From an uncultured bacterium (GTDB lineage: Bacteria > Krumholzibacteriota > Krumholzibacteriia > Krumholzibacteriales > Krumholzibacteriaceae), in NCBI GenBank assembly GCA_963786935.1, contig CAWBAN010000002.1, positions 384,001 to 448,000 on the forward strand: DNA of 64,000 nucleotides, read 5' to 3'. Below, one piece after another: positions 20,634 to 30,892 of this stretch (the stretch's first letter is position 1; every line of letters starts with the position of its first letter). The notes below the pieces were generated by a model that searched no databases, was not told where the DNA came from, and saw only the letters and a list, made by a program, of their open reading frames with translations. A program made the position numbers and the translations under genes.

Positions 20634-21194
20634 ATGGCGAATACACAGTACATGCCGAATATCAGACGCCGGTACATCGAAAAAGCGGTGCCGGAAATGA
20701 TGAAGAAGTTCGGTTACAAGAACGTCAACCAGGTGCCCCGCCTCGAGAAGATCGTGATCAACATGGGCGTCGGCGACGCGATCACCGACGCGAAGATCCT
20801 CGAAGCCGCGGTGAAGGATCTCACCGCCATCGCGGGACAGCGCCCGGCGACCTCGCGGTCGCGGACCGCCATCGCGGGATTCAAGCTGCGGGCGGGGATG
20901 CCGATCGGGTGCTTCGTCACGCTCCGGCACGTGCGGATGTTCGAGTTCTTCGACCGCCTCGTCAACGTCGCGATCCCGCGAATCAGGGATTTCCGGGGGC
21001 TCAACCCGCGGAGCTTCGACGGCCGGGGCAACTATTCGTTCGGCGTCAAGGAGCACATCATATTTCCGGAGATCGATTACGACAAGGTACTCAAGGTCAT
21101 GGGCATGGATGTCACGATCGTAACGACGGCGAAGACGGATGAGGAAGCGAAAGAGCTCATCATGCTCCTCGGCATGCCGCTCCGTCAGTCCTGA
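20634..21194 (+). CDS. rplE: 50S ribosomal protein L5
   Basis: [30 protein letters not shown] motifs; exact start uncertain. Confidence 0.97.
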   Translation: MANTQYMPNIRRRYIEKAVPEMMKKFGYKNVNQVPRLEKIVINMGVGDAITDAKILEAAVKDLTAIAGQRPATSRSRTAIAGFKLRAGMPIGCFVTLRHVRMFEFFDRLVNVAIPRIRDFRGLNPRSFDGRGNYSFGVKEHIIFPEIDYDKVLKVMGMDVTIVTTAKTDEEAKELIMLLGMPLRQS

Positions 21195-21212
21195 TGAGGA
21201 AAGGGAGAATCC

Positions 21213-21398
21213 GTGGCGAAGAAGTGTTTGGTAGCGAAATCGAAGAGGCCGCCGAAATTCAAGGTGAGGGCATATTTCCGTTGCAGCAGGTGCGGACGCC
21301 CGCGCGCGTACCTCCGCAAGTTCGGTATGTGCCGCATCTGTTTCCGCGAGCTGGCGCTCGAGGGGAAGATCCCCGGCGTCACGAAGGCGAGCTGGTAG
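21213..21398 (+). CDS. rpsN: 30S ribosomal protein S14, zinc-binding short type
   Basis: 61 aa with CSRC...CRIC; GVTKASW terminus. Confidence 0.97.
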   Translation: MAKKCLVAKSKRPPKFKVRAYFRCSRCGRPRAYLRKFGMCRICFRELALEGKIPGVTKASW

Positions 21399-21447
21399 CC
21401 CCACGGGCGTTGACGGTTGACGAGAGAGAATTTGAGGTGATGGCGAA

Positions 21448-21843
21448 ATGATGACCGATCCGATAGCCGACTTGATCGTCCGGCTGCGCAACGGGAAAAA
21501 AGCGAAGATGACGTTCATCGACGTTCCCGCGTCCCGCATCAAGGCGGGGATCGTGAAGATCCTGCTCGACAACGGGTACGTGAAGAACGTGAAGTACATC
21601 GACGACAACAAGCAGGGGACGCTGCGGATCTACTACAAGTACGACGAGCAGCGCGTCTGCGCGATCGAGGGTTTGAAGCGCGTGAGCCTCCCGAGCCGGC
21701 GCGTGTACGTCCCGAAGGACAAGATCCCCCGCGTCATGGGCGGATTCGGCATCGCGGTCGTCTCGACCTCGAAGGGGCTGTTGACGGACAAGGAGTGCCA
21801 CGTTCTCGGCATCGGCGGAGAGGTTCTTTGCCATATCTGGTAA
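21448..21843 (+). CDS. rpsH: 30S ribosomal protein S8
   Basis: MTDPIADL, STSKG, GGEVLC motifs. Confidence 0.98.
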   Translation: MMTDPIADLIVRLRNGKKAKMTFIDVPASRIKAGIVKILLDNGYVKNVKYIDDNKQGTLRIYYKYDEQRVCAIEGLKRVSLPSRRVYVPKDKIPRVMGGFGIAVVSTSKGLLTDKECHVLGIGGEVLCHIW

Positions 21844-21919
21844 CCGGGCGCGCCGGCGAGCCGGCGTGAAAGGCTTCCCGACGGTTCGGCGCGGGAAGCG
21901 ACGGAGGTAGAAAGTCGAT

Positions 21920-22468
21920 ATGTCACGAGTGGGAAAATATCCGGTGCCGGTCCCGGCGGACGTCAAGGCCGAGCTCGCGGGCAACGTGATCAAGGTCAAG
22001 GGGCCGAAGGGCGAGCTCACCCGCGCGCTCCATCCCGACATGATCATCGAGGTCGCCGAGGGATCGGTCGTCGTGAAGCGCCCGAGCGATTCGAAGATGC
22101 ATCGCTCGCTGCACGGCCTCACGCGGACCCTCATCGCGAACATGGTTGAGGGCGTGTCCAAGGGATACGAGAAGAATCTCGAGATCGAGGGCGTCGAATA
22201 CCGCGCCGAGCTCAAGGGCAAGACGCTCGTCATGAGCCTCGGCTTCGCGCACCAGATCCGGTACGAACCGCGCGAAGGGATCGCCATCGTCCTGCCCGAT
22301 CCCAAGAAGATCAACATCACGGGGATCGACAAGGAGAAGGTCGGCCAGACGGCGGCCGAGATCCGCAAATTCAGACCGCCGGAGCCGTACAAGGGCAAAG
22401 GGGTCCGGTACAAGGGCGAAGTCGTCAAGCACAAGGCCGGCAAGGCTGCCGTCGGCACTGGAACGTAA
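21920..22468 (+). CDS. rplF: 50S ribosomal protein L6
   Basis: MSRVGK, PEPYKGKGVRY motifs. Confidence 0.98.
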   Translation: MSRVGKYPVPVPADVKAELAGNVIKVKGPKGELTRALHPDMIIEVAEGSVVVKRPSDSKMHRSLHGLTRTLIANMVEGVSKGYEKNLEIEGVEYRAELKGKTLVMSLGFAHQIRYEPREGIAIVLPDPKKINITGIDKEKVGQTAAEIRKFRPPEPYKGKGVRYKGEVVKHKAGKAAVGTGT

Positions 22469-22489
22469 GGCGAGAGGGAGTCTGGACAG

Positions 22490-22954
22490 GTGAAAAGAGA
22501 CATCAATCAGGAGAAGAGACAGAGCAGGTTGAGACGGCACGAACGCGTTCGCAAGCAGGTGCACGGCACGGCGGCGCGGCCGCGGCTGTGCGTGTTCCGG
22601 AGCCTCAACCATATCTACGCGCAGATCATCGACGACGATTCGGGTCGCACGCTGGCCGCGGCGTCGAGCCTGAAGCTCGAGCTGCAGCCCGTTCCGGCCC
22701 CGGTCGAGAAGGCCCCCGAGGCGGCCGAGAAGCCCGCGAAGGGCGAGAAGGGCGAGAAGGGCAAGGGCGGGAAGAAGCCGGCGCCCCCGGCGAGCCTCAA
22801 GATGAGGCGCTCCTCCGCCGTCGGCAAAGCGATCGCCGTCGTGGCGATCGAGAAGGGCATCAAGGCCGTCGCGTTCGACCGCGGCGGATATCTCTATCAT
22901 GGAAGGGTCGCCGCCTTGGCGAAGGCCGCGAGGGAAGGCGGACTCGAGTTCTAA
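22490..22954 (+). CDS. rplR: 50S ribosomal protein L18 with internal K/E/P/A-rich insertion
   Basis: [21 protein letters not shown] motifs. Confidence 0.96.
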   Translation: MKRDINQEKRQSRLRRHERVRKQVHGTAARPRLCVFRSLNHIYAQIIDDDSGRTLAAASSLKLELQPVPAPVEKAPEAAEKPAKGEKGEKGKGGKKPAPPASLKMRRSSAVGKAIAVVAIEKGIKAVAFDRGGYLYHGRVAALAKAAREGGLEF

Positions 22955-23005
22955 CACGCGGGCGTCCACGTTCGGACGCCTCAACTCACCCGTGGGGGTG
23001 TACTG

Positions 23006-23641
23006 GTGAACGGATCAGAAAGCAGAGATTCGAGAGGACCGAGGGATTCGAGGGATTCGCGGGGCCGCGGCGGACCGCGGGACGGCCGCGGGCCGCGCGA
23101 CGCGCGTCCGACGCGCGACGCGGGCGCCGATATGGCTCCCGAGTTTCTCGAACAGACGATTCATATCAACAGGGTCGCCAAGGTAGTCAAGGGCGGACGC
23201 CGGTTCGGCTTCAACGCGCTCGTCGCCGTCGGCGACGGCATGGGCAAGGTCGGCACCGGTCTCGGCAAGGCGAACGAAATTTCGGACGCCATCCGCAAGG
23301 CGACCGAAGCGGCCAAGAAGGACATGCTCCGCATCCCGATGCAGGGCGGGACGATTCCGTACGAGGTCCTCGGCGTGTTCGGCGCCTCGCGCGTCCTTAT
23401 GAAGCCCGCCTCGCCCGGTACGGGCGTCATCGCGGGCGGCGCGGTGCGCGCCGTGCTCGAGGTCGCCGGCGTGAAGGACATCCTCACGAAGTCGCTCGGG
23501 TCGAACAATCCGCACAACATGGTGAAGGCGACCATGGCGGGGCTCAAGAGCATCCGGAGCGCGCGGGACGTGGCGAGCCGCCGCGGCATCACGATCACGA
23601 AACTGTTCGGGACGAAGGAAGAAAAGGGCGCCGCGGAATAG
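23006..23641 (+). CDS. rpsE: 30S ribosomal protein S5 (start uncertain; R/D/G/P-rich N-terminal extension)
   Basis: [22 protein letters not shown] motifs. Confidence 0.96.
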   Translation: MNGSESRDSRGPRDSRDSRGRGGPRDGRGPRDARPTRDAGADMAPEFLEQTIHINRVAKVVKGGRRFGFNALVAVGDGMGKVGTGLGKANEISDAIRKATEAAKKDMLRIPMQGGTIPYEVLGVFGASRVLMKPASPGTGVIAGGAVRAVLEVAGVKDILTKSLGSNNPHNMVKATMAGLKSIRSARDVASRRGITITKLFGTKEEKGAAE

Positions 23642-23683
23642 CGCGAGCCGCGCCGGGCGTTCGACTGACAGCGAGGAAATGAA

Positions 23684-23944
23684 ATGGCGAAGATGCTGAA
23701 AATAACGCAGGTCAAGAGCGTCATCAACTCCCTCTACGACAAGCACCGGCCCGTCATGGAGGCTCTCGGCTTCAGGAAGAACCAACATACGCTCTACAAA
23801 AAGGACACGCCGGCGATCCGCGGAATGATCCACCGGGTGCAGCACCTCGTGGTCTGGGAAGCGCTGGACGAGAAGGACGTGAAGGTCCGGGGGAAAAAGG
23901 GGCCGGGGTATACGGTCCTCGATAAGGGAACCACAAGGAGCTAG
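23684..23944 (+). CDS. rpmD: 50S ribosomal protein L30 with C-terminal extension
   Basis: [17 protein letters not shown] motifs; between rpsE and rplO. Confidence 0.92.
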   Translation: MAKMLKITQVKSVINSLYDKHRPVMEALGFRKNQHTLYKKDTPAIRGMIHRVQHLVVWEALDEKDVKVRGKKGPGYTVLDKGTTRS

Positions 23945-23949
23945 AGACA

Positions 23950-24432
23950 ATGAAGCTGAGCGAAGTCAGAGCCCCCAAGGGCGCAACGAAAAAGAACAAG
24001 CGGGTCGGGTGCGGCCCCGGCTCCGGACACGGACGGTATTCGACGCGCGGCTGCAAAGGGCAGAAGGCGCGCTCGGGCGGCGGCATCCCCGCGTGGTTCG
24101 AGGGCGGCCAGATGCCCCTCCAGCGGCGCGTGCCGAAGCGCGGGTTCGTCAACAACTTCAAGACCTACTACCAGGTCGTGAACCTCGACGCCCTCGGCGC
24201 GTTCGCCGCGGGCTCGAAGATCAACCGCGGCACCCTCGTCGAGGCGGGGCTCGTTCGCAAGGCCGCGGATCCGGTGAAGATCCTCGGGCGGGGAGCGCTC
24301 TCGGTGGCGCTCGAGGTCGAGGTCGACGCGGTGAGCCGCACGGCGGCGGACGCGATTCTCAAGGCCGGCGGGACGATTCATCTCCTCTCCGGCAAGAGCG
24401 TGCCCGGAACCGAACAGACGGAGAATAAGTAA
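23950..24432 (+). CDS. rplO: 50S ribosomal protein L15
   Basis: KGQKARSG, FEGGQMPL..RVPKRGF motifs. Confidence 0.97.
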   Translation: MKLSEVRAPKGATKKNKRVGCGPGSGHGRYSTRGCKGQKARSGGGIPAWFEGGQMPLQRRVPKRGFVNNFKTYYQVVNLDALGAFAAGSKINRGTLVEAGLVRKAADPVKILGRGALSVALEVEVDAVSRTAADAILKAGGTIHLLSGKSVPGTEQTENK

Positions 24433-25739
24433 TGTTCAAGAAGCTGCAGGATATATTCAGCATTCCCGAGCTCAAGCGGCGGCTCCTGTTCACGATGGGG
24501 CTCCTCATCGTGTACCGGATCGGCGGCCACATCACGACGCCGATGGTGAACCCGGCGGCGCTCAAGGCCTACTTCGCGAGCCAGCAGGGAACGATCTTCG
24601 CGCTGTACGATCTCTTCGCCGGCGGGAACTTCACCCGCGTGACGATCTTCGCCCTCGGCATCATGCCGTACATCAGCGCGTCGATCATTCTCCAGCTCCT
24701 GCAGGCCGTGATTCCGTACTTCGAGAAGCTCGCCAAGGAAGGGGAGGAAGGGCGGAAGAAGATCACGCAGTACACGCGGTACGGAACGGTGGCCCTGTCG
24801 GTCATCCAGGCGATCGGCATCGCGTTCTTCCTCGAGAACATGGCCGAGGGAGTCGTGCCGAATCCGGGCATGTTCTTCAGGCTCATCACGATCATCACGA
24901 TGACCGCGGGCACGATCTTCGTCATGTGGCTCGGCGAGCAGATCACGGAGCGGGGCATCGGAAACGGCATCTCGCTCATCATCATGATCGGTATCCTCGC
25001 GCGCTATCCGGCCGATTGGCTCGACATGATCCGCGCCCTCCAGATCGGAACGCTCTCGCCCCTCAGGGTCGCGTTCCTCCTCATCGTCATGGTGCTCGTG
25101 ATCGCGAGCGTCATCCTCATCACGCAGGGGCAGCGGCGCATCCCGGTCCAGTACGCCAAGCGCATCGTCGGGCGGCGCGTCTACGGGGGAAAGGCCCAGT
25201 ACATCCCGCTGCGCGTCAACACCGCGGGCGTCATCCCGATCATCTTCGCGCAGTCGATCATGATGTTTCCGAGCACGATCGCGGCGTTCTTCACGGAAAA
25301 CTCGTTCATGCAGGGCATCGTCTCCGCCCTGAATCCGTACGGGGTGATCTACAACACGCTCTACGCGACCATCATCATCTTCTTCACGTACTTCTACACG
25401 GCGATCATCCTGAACCCCGTCGATCTCGCCGATAACATGCAGAAGTACGGCGGGTTCATTCCGGGCATCCGGCCGGGCAAGCGGACGAGCGACTACATCG
25501 ACCGGATTCTCACCCGCGTGACGCTGCCGGGAGCCGTTTTCCTCGCGTTCATCGCGATCCTGCCCGACATGATGATCAAGTGGGGCAAGCTCCCCGCGAC
25601 GGTCTACTTCGGCGGCACGGGGCTCCTCATCGTGGTCGGCGTGATGCTCGATACGCTCCAGCAGATCGAGACGCACCTCCTGATGAGGCACTACGACGGA
25701 TTCATGAAGAAGGGCCGCCTGCAGGGCAGACGGTTCTAG
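24432..25739 (+). CDS. secY: Preprotein translocase subunit SecY
   Basis: FALGIMPYISASII, WLGEQITERGIGNG, IPGIRPG motifs; multiple hydrophobic segments. Confidence 0.99.
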   Translation: MFKKLQDIFSIPELKRRLLFTMGLLIVYRIGGHITTPMVNPAALKAYFASQQGTIFALYDLFAGGNFTRVTIFALGIMPYISASIILQLLQAVIPYFEKLAKEGEEGRKKITQYTRYGTVALSVIQAIGIAFFLENMAEGVVPNPGMFFRLITIITMTAGTIFVMWLGEQITERGIGNGISLIIMIGILARYPADWLDMIRALQIGTLSPLRVAFLLIVMVLVIASVILITQGQRRIPVQYAKRIVGRRVYGGKAQYIPLRVNTAGVIPIIFAQSIMMFPSTIAAFFTENSFMQGIVSALNPYGVIYNTLYATIIIFFTYFYTAIILNPVDLADNMQKYGGFIPGIRPGKRTSDYIDRILTRVTLPGAVFLAFIAILPDMMIKWGKLPATVYFGGTGLLIVVGVMLDTLQQIETHLLMRHYDGFMKKGRLQGRRF

Positions 25740-25751
25740 GAAGGTTTCGAC

Positions 25752-26399
25752 GTGGCCGGCACGCATATCGTCATATTGGGGCCCCCGGGCTCCGGCAAGG
25801 GGACGCAGGCCTCCCGCATCGCGCGCGAATACAGCCTCGCGCATCTCTCGACGGGGGACATGCTCCGCGACGCCGTCGCGCGCAAGACCGAGCTCGGGCT
25901 CGAGGCCGAGACGTTCATGAAGCGCGGCCTCCTCGTTTCCGACGAGATCGTCTTCGGTCTCCTCGGCGAGGCGCTCGAGGCGGCGAAGAAGACGGGCTGG
26001 ATCCTGGACGGCTTCCCGCGGAACCTCCTGCAGGCCGAGATGCTTGCGAAGATCCTCGAAGAGCGGGGGGAGAAGATCGATTACGTGCTCGACGTCGCCG
26101 TCGATTTCGAGCTCATCGTCCGCCGGCTTTCGAAGCGTCGCGTGTGCCCCGCGTGCAAGGCCGTCTACAACCTCGATACGATCAAGACGAAGGTCGAGGG
26201 GAAGTGCGACGCGTGCGGCGGCCCCCTCGTCAAGCGTCCCGACGACGAGGAAGACACGGTCCGGCGGCGTCTCGCCGTGTACGAGGAGCAGACCGCGCCC
26301 GTCATCGATTACTACCGGAAGCGGGGCGGCCTCGTCAGCGTGAACGGCGCCGGGGACATCGAAGCGATATTCGCGGAGATACGCCGCGTTTTGAAATGA
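25752..26399 (+). CDS. adk: Adenylate kinase (zinc-lid type)
   Basis: GPPGSGKGT, STGDMLR, LDGFPR motifs; CxxC...CxxC lid. Confidence 0.97.
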   Translation: MAGTHIVILGPPGSGKGTQASRIAREYSLAHLSTGDMLRDAVARKTELGLEAETFMKRGLLVSDEIVFGLLGEALEAAKKTGWILDGFPRNLLQAEMLAKILEERGEKIDYVLDVAVDFELIVRRLSKRRVCPACKAVYNLDTIKTKVEGKCDACGGPLVKRPDDEEDTVRRRLAVYEEQTAPVIDYYRKRGGLVSVNGAGDIEAIFAEIRRVLK

Positions 26400-27139
26400 T
26401 AGCGATACGGACCCAGCCGGAACTGGATCTCATCCGGCGCAGCGGAGAGATCCTCGCCGAGTGCTTCGCGAAGATCGAGGAAGCGCTCGGGCCGGGCGTC
26501 GAGACCGGCGAGCTCGACCGGATCGCCGAGGAATTCATCAGGATGCGGGGCGCGGTGCCCGCGTTCAAGGGGTACCAGGGGTATCCCGCATCGATCTGCG
26601 CTTCGGTGAACGAGCAGGTTGTGCACGGCATACCGGGCGCGAGGAAGCTCGCCGAAGGGGACATCGTCGGGATCGACGTCGGCGTCGCCCGGAACGGGTA
26701 CTACGCCGACGCGGCGCGCACCTATCCGATCGGAGCGGTGAGCGAGGAGGCCCGGCGGCTCATGCGGGTCACGAAGGAGGCGCTCGACCTCGGCATCGGC
26801 GAGGCGAGGGAGGGGAAGCATCTCTCCGACGTCTCCCACGCGATTCAGGCGCACGCCGAATCGAACGGTTACAGCGTCGTGCGGACGCTCGTGGGACACG
26901 GGATCGGAAGACAGATGCACGAGGACCCGCAGATTCCCAACTTCGGCCTCCCGGGGAACGGCCCCGTGCTCGCCCACGGCATGGTGCTCGCGATCGAGCC
27001 CATGGTGAACGAGGGCAAGGCGGACGTCCTGACGCTGAAAGACAAATGGACGTTCGTAACGGTGGACGGCACGCTGTCCGCCCACTTCGAGGATACGATC
27101 GCCGTCACGAGCGGCGGCCCCGTGGTCATGACCCGGTGA
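26396..27139 (+). CDS. map: Methionine aminopeptidase type I
   Basis: [33 protein letters not shown] motifs; ATGA overlap with adk. Confidence 0.97.
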   Translation: MIAIRTQPELDLIRRSGEILAECFAKIEEALGPGVETGELDRIAEEFIRMRGAVPAFKGYQGYPASICASVNEQVVHGIPGARKLAEGDIVGIDVGVARNGYYADAARTYPIGAVSEEARRLMRVTKEALDLGIGEAREGKHLSDVSHAIQAHAESNGYSVVRTLVGHGIGRQMHEDPQIPNFGLPGNGPVLAHGMVLAIEPMVNEGKADVLTLKDKWTFVTVDGTLSAHFEDTIAVTSGGPVVMTR

Positions 27140-27209
27140 GGGGGAGCGGGGAAATTCCCGATGCCGCAGGCGACCGGAGCCGCGGCGGAAAGAAGGCGCG
27201 ATACAGGGA

Positions 27210-27428
27210 GTGGCGAAGCAGAAGGGCATAGCGGTAGAAGGGACCGTCGTCGAGGCGCTGCCCAATGCGATGTTCAGGGTGGAGCTCGAAAACAAGCATG
27301 TGATCCTCGCCCACGTCTCCGGCAAGATGCGGATGCATTTCATACGCATCCTTCCCGGCGACCGGGTGGCCGTCGAGCTCAGCCCTTACGATCTGGGACG
27401 AGGCAGGATCACGTACCGGTACAAGTGA
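27210..27428 (+). CDS. infA: Translation initiation factor IF-1
   Basis: [28 protein letters not shown] motifs. Confidence 0.98.
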   Translation: MAKQKGIAVEGTVVEALPNAMFRVELENKHVILAHVSGKMRMHFIRILPGDRVAVELSPYDLGRGRITYRYK

Positions 27429-27444
27429 CGAAGGAAGAGAGATC

Positions 27445-27558
27445 ATGAAAGTGCGCAGCTCAATCAAGAAGATCTGCCCATACTGCAAGATCATCCGCCG
27501 GAAGGGCGTCCTCCGCGTGATCTGCAAGAACCCGAAACACAAGCAGCGGCAGGGCTAG
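27445..27558 (+). CDS. rpmJ: 50S ribosomal protein L36 (not in ORF track)
   Basis: Manual translation [37 protein letters not shown]. Confidence 0.97.
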   Translation: MKVRSSIKKICPYCKIIRRKGVLRVICKNPKHKQRQG

Positions 27559-27595
27559 CGGGTAGCCTCTGCGGCGCTCGTGAAAGGAGTGTTCC

Positions 27596-27976
27596 GTGGC
27601 GCGTATAGTCGGTATCGATATACCCGATAACAAGCATATCGAGATCTCCCTGACGTATATCTTCGGGATCGGCCGCTCGATGGCGAAATCGATCTGCAGG
27701 AAGGCCAACGTGCCCTTCGGCACGAGGACCAGGGATCTCACCGAGGAGCAGACGGTCCGGATCAGGGATATCATCGAGAACGAGCACAAGGTCGAGGGCG
27801 CTCTCCGGAGCGAGGTGACGATGAACATCAAGCGGCTCATGGAGATCGGCTCCTACCGCGGGATGCGTCACAAGATGGGGCTTCCGGTGCGGGGACAGCG
27901 CACGCACACGAACGCACGGACCCGCAAAGGCCCGCGCAATCGCCCCGGCGCGAAAAGGAAAAAAACCGCCGCATAA
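27596..27976 (+). CDS. rpsM: 30S ribosomal protein S13
   Basis: [26 protein letters not shown] motifs. Confidence 0.98.
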   Translation: MARIVGIDIPDNKHIEISLTYIFGIGRSMAKSICRKANVPFGTRTRDLTEEQTVRIRDIIENEHKVEGALRSEVTMNIKRLMEIGSYRGMRHKMGLPVRGQRTHTNARTRKGPRNRPGAKRKKTAA

Positions 27977-28042
27977 CGACGAAGCGGCCCGACGGGCCCG
28001 GTGATCGCGCCCGTCAGGCGTACGAGCAAAGGGAGGTACGAC

Positions 28043-28429
28043 GTGGCTCAGCCGCGCGGTTCAAAGAAAAAAGCCAAGAAGGTGGACATATACGGTATCG
28101 CCCATATCCAGTCCACGTTCAACAACACGATCGTGAGCATCACGGATAAGGAAGGCAACATCATCACCTGGTCGAGCCCGGGGCGGCTCGGACACAAGGG
28201 CTCCCGCAAGAGCACGCCGTTCGCGGCCCAGCAGGCCGCCGCGACCGCGGCGCGCGAAGCGTTGGGGCTCGGGGTGAAGAAGGTCGAAGCGTGGGTGCGG
28301 GGCCCCGGCCCGGGGCGCGAGGCTGCCATCCGGTCGCTCCGCGCGAGCGGGCTCGAAGTGTCGGCGATCAAGGACTGCACGCCGGTGCCGCACAACGGAT
28401 GCCGCGCGAAGAAGCGCAGAAGAATATAG
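28043..28429 (+). CDS. rpsK: 30S ribosomal protein S11 (GTG start)
   Basis: [26 protein letters not shown] motifs; SD GGGAGG. Confidence 0.98.
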   Translation: MAQPRGSKKKAKKVDIYGIAHIQSTFNNTIVSITDKEGNIITWSSPGRLGHKGSRKSTPFAAQQAAATAAREALGLGVKKVEAWVRGPGPGREAAIRSLRASGLEVSAIKDCTPVPHNGCRAKKRRRI

Positions 28430-28459
28430 CGAGAACGGCTCTGAGGAGGTAACGACTAC

Positions 28460-29089
28460 ATGGCGAGATATTTGGGTGCCAAGTGCAAGCTGTGCCGGAG
28501 AGACGGCGTGAAGCTGTTCCTCAAGGGGGACCGCTGCTATTCGGACAAGTGTGAGATCGAGAAGCGCAACTATCCGCCGGGAGAGCACGGACGCACGAGG
28601 TACAGCAGAAAGAGCAGCTACCGGAACCAGCTCAGGGAGAAGCAGAAGCTCCGCCGTATGTACCTGCTGCTCGAAGCGCCGTTCCGCAATTACTACTTCC
28701 GCGCGGTGAAGATGAAGGGCGTCACGGGCGCGAACCTGCTCAGGCTCCTCGAGCAGCGGCTCGACAACATGGTGTTCCGCATGGGATTCACCCCGTCGCG
28801 CGAGACGGCCCGGCAGCTCGTTCTGCACAAGCATTTCGAGGTCAACGGCAAGATCGTTGACCGGCCGTCGTATCAGCTCAAGCCGGGCGACCGGGTGACG
28901 GTGCGCGAGCGCAGCAAGGACCTCCTCGTCGTCGAGGAGAGCCTGAAGAAATACGGAAGCCGGGGGACCGTTCCCTACATCTCGGTCGACGTGAACAAGC
29001 GCGAGGGGGTCTACCTCGAGGTTCCGACGCGCGAGATGATACCGGTGCCGATCGAGGAAAACATCATCGTGGAGCTCTACTCCAAGTAA
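28460..29089 (+). CDS. rpsD: 30S ribosomal protein S4
   Basis: MARYLG.KCKLCRR, QLREKQK, LEQRLDN, IVELYSK motifs. Confidence 0.98.
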   Translation: MARYLGAKCKLCRRDGVKLFLKGDRCYSDKCEIEKRNYPPGEHGRTRYSRKSSYRNQLREKQKLRRMYLLLEAPFRNYYFRAVKMKGVTGANLLRLLEQRLDNMVFRMGFTPSRETARQLVLHKHFEVNGKIVDRPSYQLKPGDRVTVRERSKDLLVVEESLKKYGSRGTVPYISVDVNKREGVYLEVPTREMIPVPIEENIIVELYSK

Positions 29090-29186
29090 GGGAACTTGGG
29101 TTGCGGGGCGCGCGGGACCGGCGCGAATCCGGCCCGCGATGGCGTTCCCGCCATGGCGAGCAGGCCGTGCAAGGAGGATTTGGCAG

Positions 29187-30221
29187 ATGAAATGGCGTAA
29201 CCTTTTGATGCCGAAAGAGATCGTTCCGGATACCGAAGCGCAGACTCCGACCTTCGGGCGATTCAAGATCGAGCCGCTCGAGCGGGGATTCGGCAACACG
29301 ATCGGCAATGCCCTTCGTCGCACGCTCCTTTCCTCGATCCAGGGAGCCTCGGTGACGGCGATCAAGATTCAGGGCGTCCAGCACGAGTTCAGCACGATCA
29401 AGGGCGTGAAGGAAGACGTCACGGACATCGTCCTCAACTTGAAGCAGATGATCATGAGGATGCACGGCGACGAGCCGAAGTTCATCCATCTCGACGTGAA
29501 TATGAAGGGGCCGGTCACCGCGGGGGATATCACCGAGGATCCCGAGGTCGAGATCCTGAACAAGGATCTCCTCATCGCCACGTGCACGGAGAAGACGCAC
29601 CTCAAGATCGACATTCTCGTCGGACACGGCCGCGGCTACGTCCCGTCGGAGCTCCACAATCTCGAGGATTTCGAGATCGGCCTCATCCCGATGGATTCGA
29701 ATTTCAGCCCGGTGCTGCACGTGAACTACGTCGTGAAGAACACGCGCGTGGCCCAGCGGACCGATTACGATTCGCTCACCCTCGAGATCACGACGAACGG
29801 GAGCGTGACCCCCGAGGACGCGCTCGGCTACGCGGCGAAGATCATGAAGGATCACATGCTGCTCTTCATACGCTTCGAGGAGGAGCCGGCGGAGGAGGTC
29901 GTGGAGGAAGTCGATCAGGAGATCGAACGCCTGAAGGATCTCCTGAACCGGAGCGTCGAGGAGCTCGAGCTTTCGGTGCGCTCGTCCAACTGCCTCAAGG
30001 CGGCCAACCTGCGCACGCTCGGCGAGCTCGTCCGCAAGACCGAGGGAGACATGCTGAAGTACCGCAACTTCGGCCGGAAGAGCCTCAAGGAGATCGTCGA
30101 CATCCTCGAGGGCATGGGGCTGTCGCTCGGCATGGACATCGACGCGATCCTGCGCGGAGAGAAGAAGCTCGAGAGAAAAATCGAAAAGACTGAGAAGAAG
30201 GAAAAAGAGGAGAAGGAATAA
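29187..30221 (+). CDS. rpoA: RNA polymerase alpha subunit
   Basis: EPLERGFGNTIGNALRR.LLSS, ELELSVRS.NCL motifs; SD AAGGAGG before ATG 29187. Confidence 0.98.
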   Translation: MKWRNLLMPKEIVPDTEAQTPTFGRFKIEPLERGFGNTIGNALRRTLLSSIQGASVTAIKIQGVQHEFSTIKGVKEDVTDIVLNLKQMIMRMHGDEPKFIHLDVNMKGPVTAGDITEDPEVEILNKDLLIATCTEKTHLKIDILVGHGRGYVPSELHNLEDFEIGLIPMDSNFSPVLHVNYVVKNTRVAQRTDYDSLTLEITTNGSVTPEDALGYAAKIMKDHMLLFIRFEEEPAEEVVEEVDQEIERLKDLLNRSVEELELSVRSSNCLKAANLRTLGELVRKTEGDMLKYRNFGRKSLKEIVDILEGMGLSLGMDIDAILRGEKKLERKIEKTEKKEKEEKE

Positions 30222-30862
30222 TGCGGCACAGACGCGACGGCCGGAAGCTCGGCATCACCGCTGAACATAGAGAAGCGATGCTCGCCAACATGGTCACTTC
30301 GCTCTTCAAGCACGAGCGGATCGAGACGACGACGCCCAAGGCGAGAGAAGCGAGACGCCTCGCCGAGAAGCTCATCACGCACGCGCGGCGCGGCGACCTC
30401 GCCTCAAGGCGGCACGTCGCCCGGACGATTCAGGACGCCGACATTCTGAAGAAGCTCTTCGCGGAAATCGCTCCGCGCTACATCGATCGGCCCGGCGGCT
30501 ACACGCGCATCATCAAGCTCGGCACGGTCCGGGTCGGCGACGGCGGCGCGAAGGCGATCCTCGAGCTCGTCAAGAAGGACGACGAAGGCCGCAAGAAGAA
30601 GAAAACCCCGCGCAAGACCTACCACAAGGTCGAGATGCCCGCCGCTCCGGGCGCCAAGGCGAAGCCGGCGAAGGCAGCCGAGGCGGCCGAGGGCGCGGCT
30701 GAGGCCGCGGCAGCCGAGGCGGCGGCCCCGGCGGAAGGCGCGGCGGCAAGCGAAGCCCCCAAGGCCGAGGCCGCCCACGCGGCGAAGCCGAAAGCGCCGA
30801 AGGCCGAGGGCGAGAAGAAGGCCAAGGCGAAGCCGGCGGACAAGCCGAAGGGGAAGAAGTAA
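30221..30862 (+). CDS. rplQ: 50S ribosomal protein L17 with long A/E/K-rich C-terminal tail
   Basis: MRHR..GRKLG, RPGGYTRIIK motifs. Confidence 0.97.
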   Translation: MRHRRDGRKLGITAEHREAMLANMVTSLFKHERIETTTPKAREARRLAEKLITHARRGDLASRRHVARTIQDADILKKLFAEIAPRYIDRPGGYTRIIKLGTVRVGDGGAKAILELVKKDDEGRKKKKTPRKTYHKVEMPAAPGAKAKPAKAAEAAEGAAEAAAAEAAAPAEGAAASEAPKAEAAHAAKPKAPKAEGEKKAKAKPADKPKGKK

Positions 30863-30892
30863 TAACCTCCCTGGCATCGGTGTAGTGCTATC

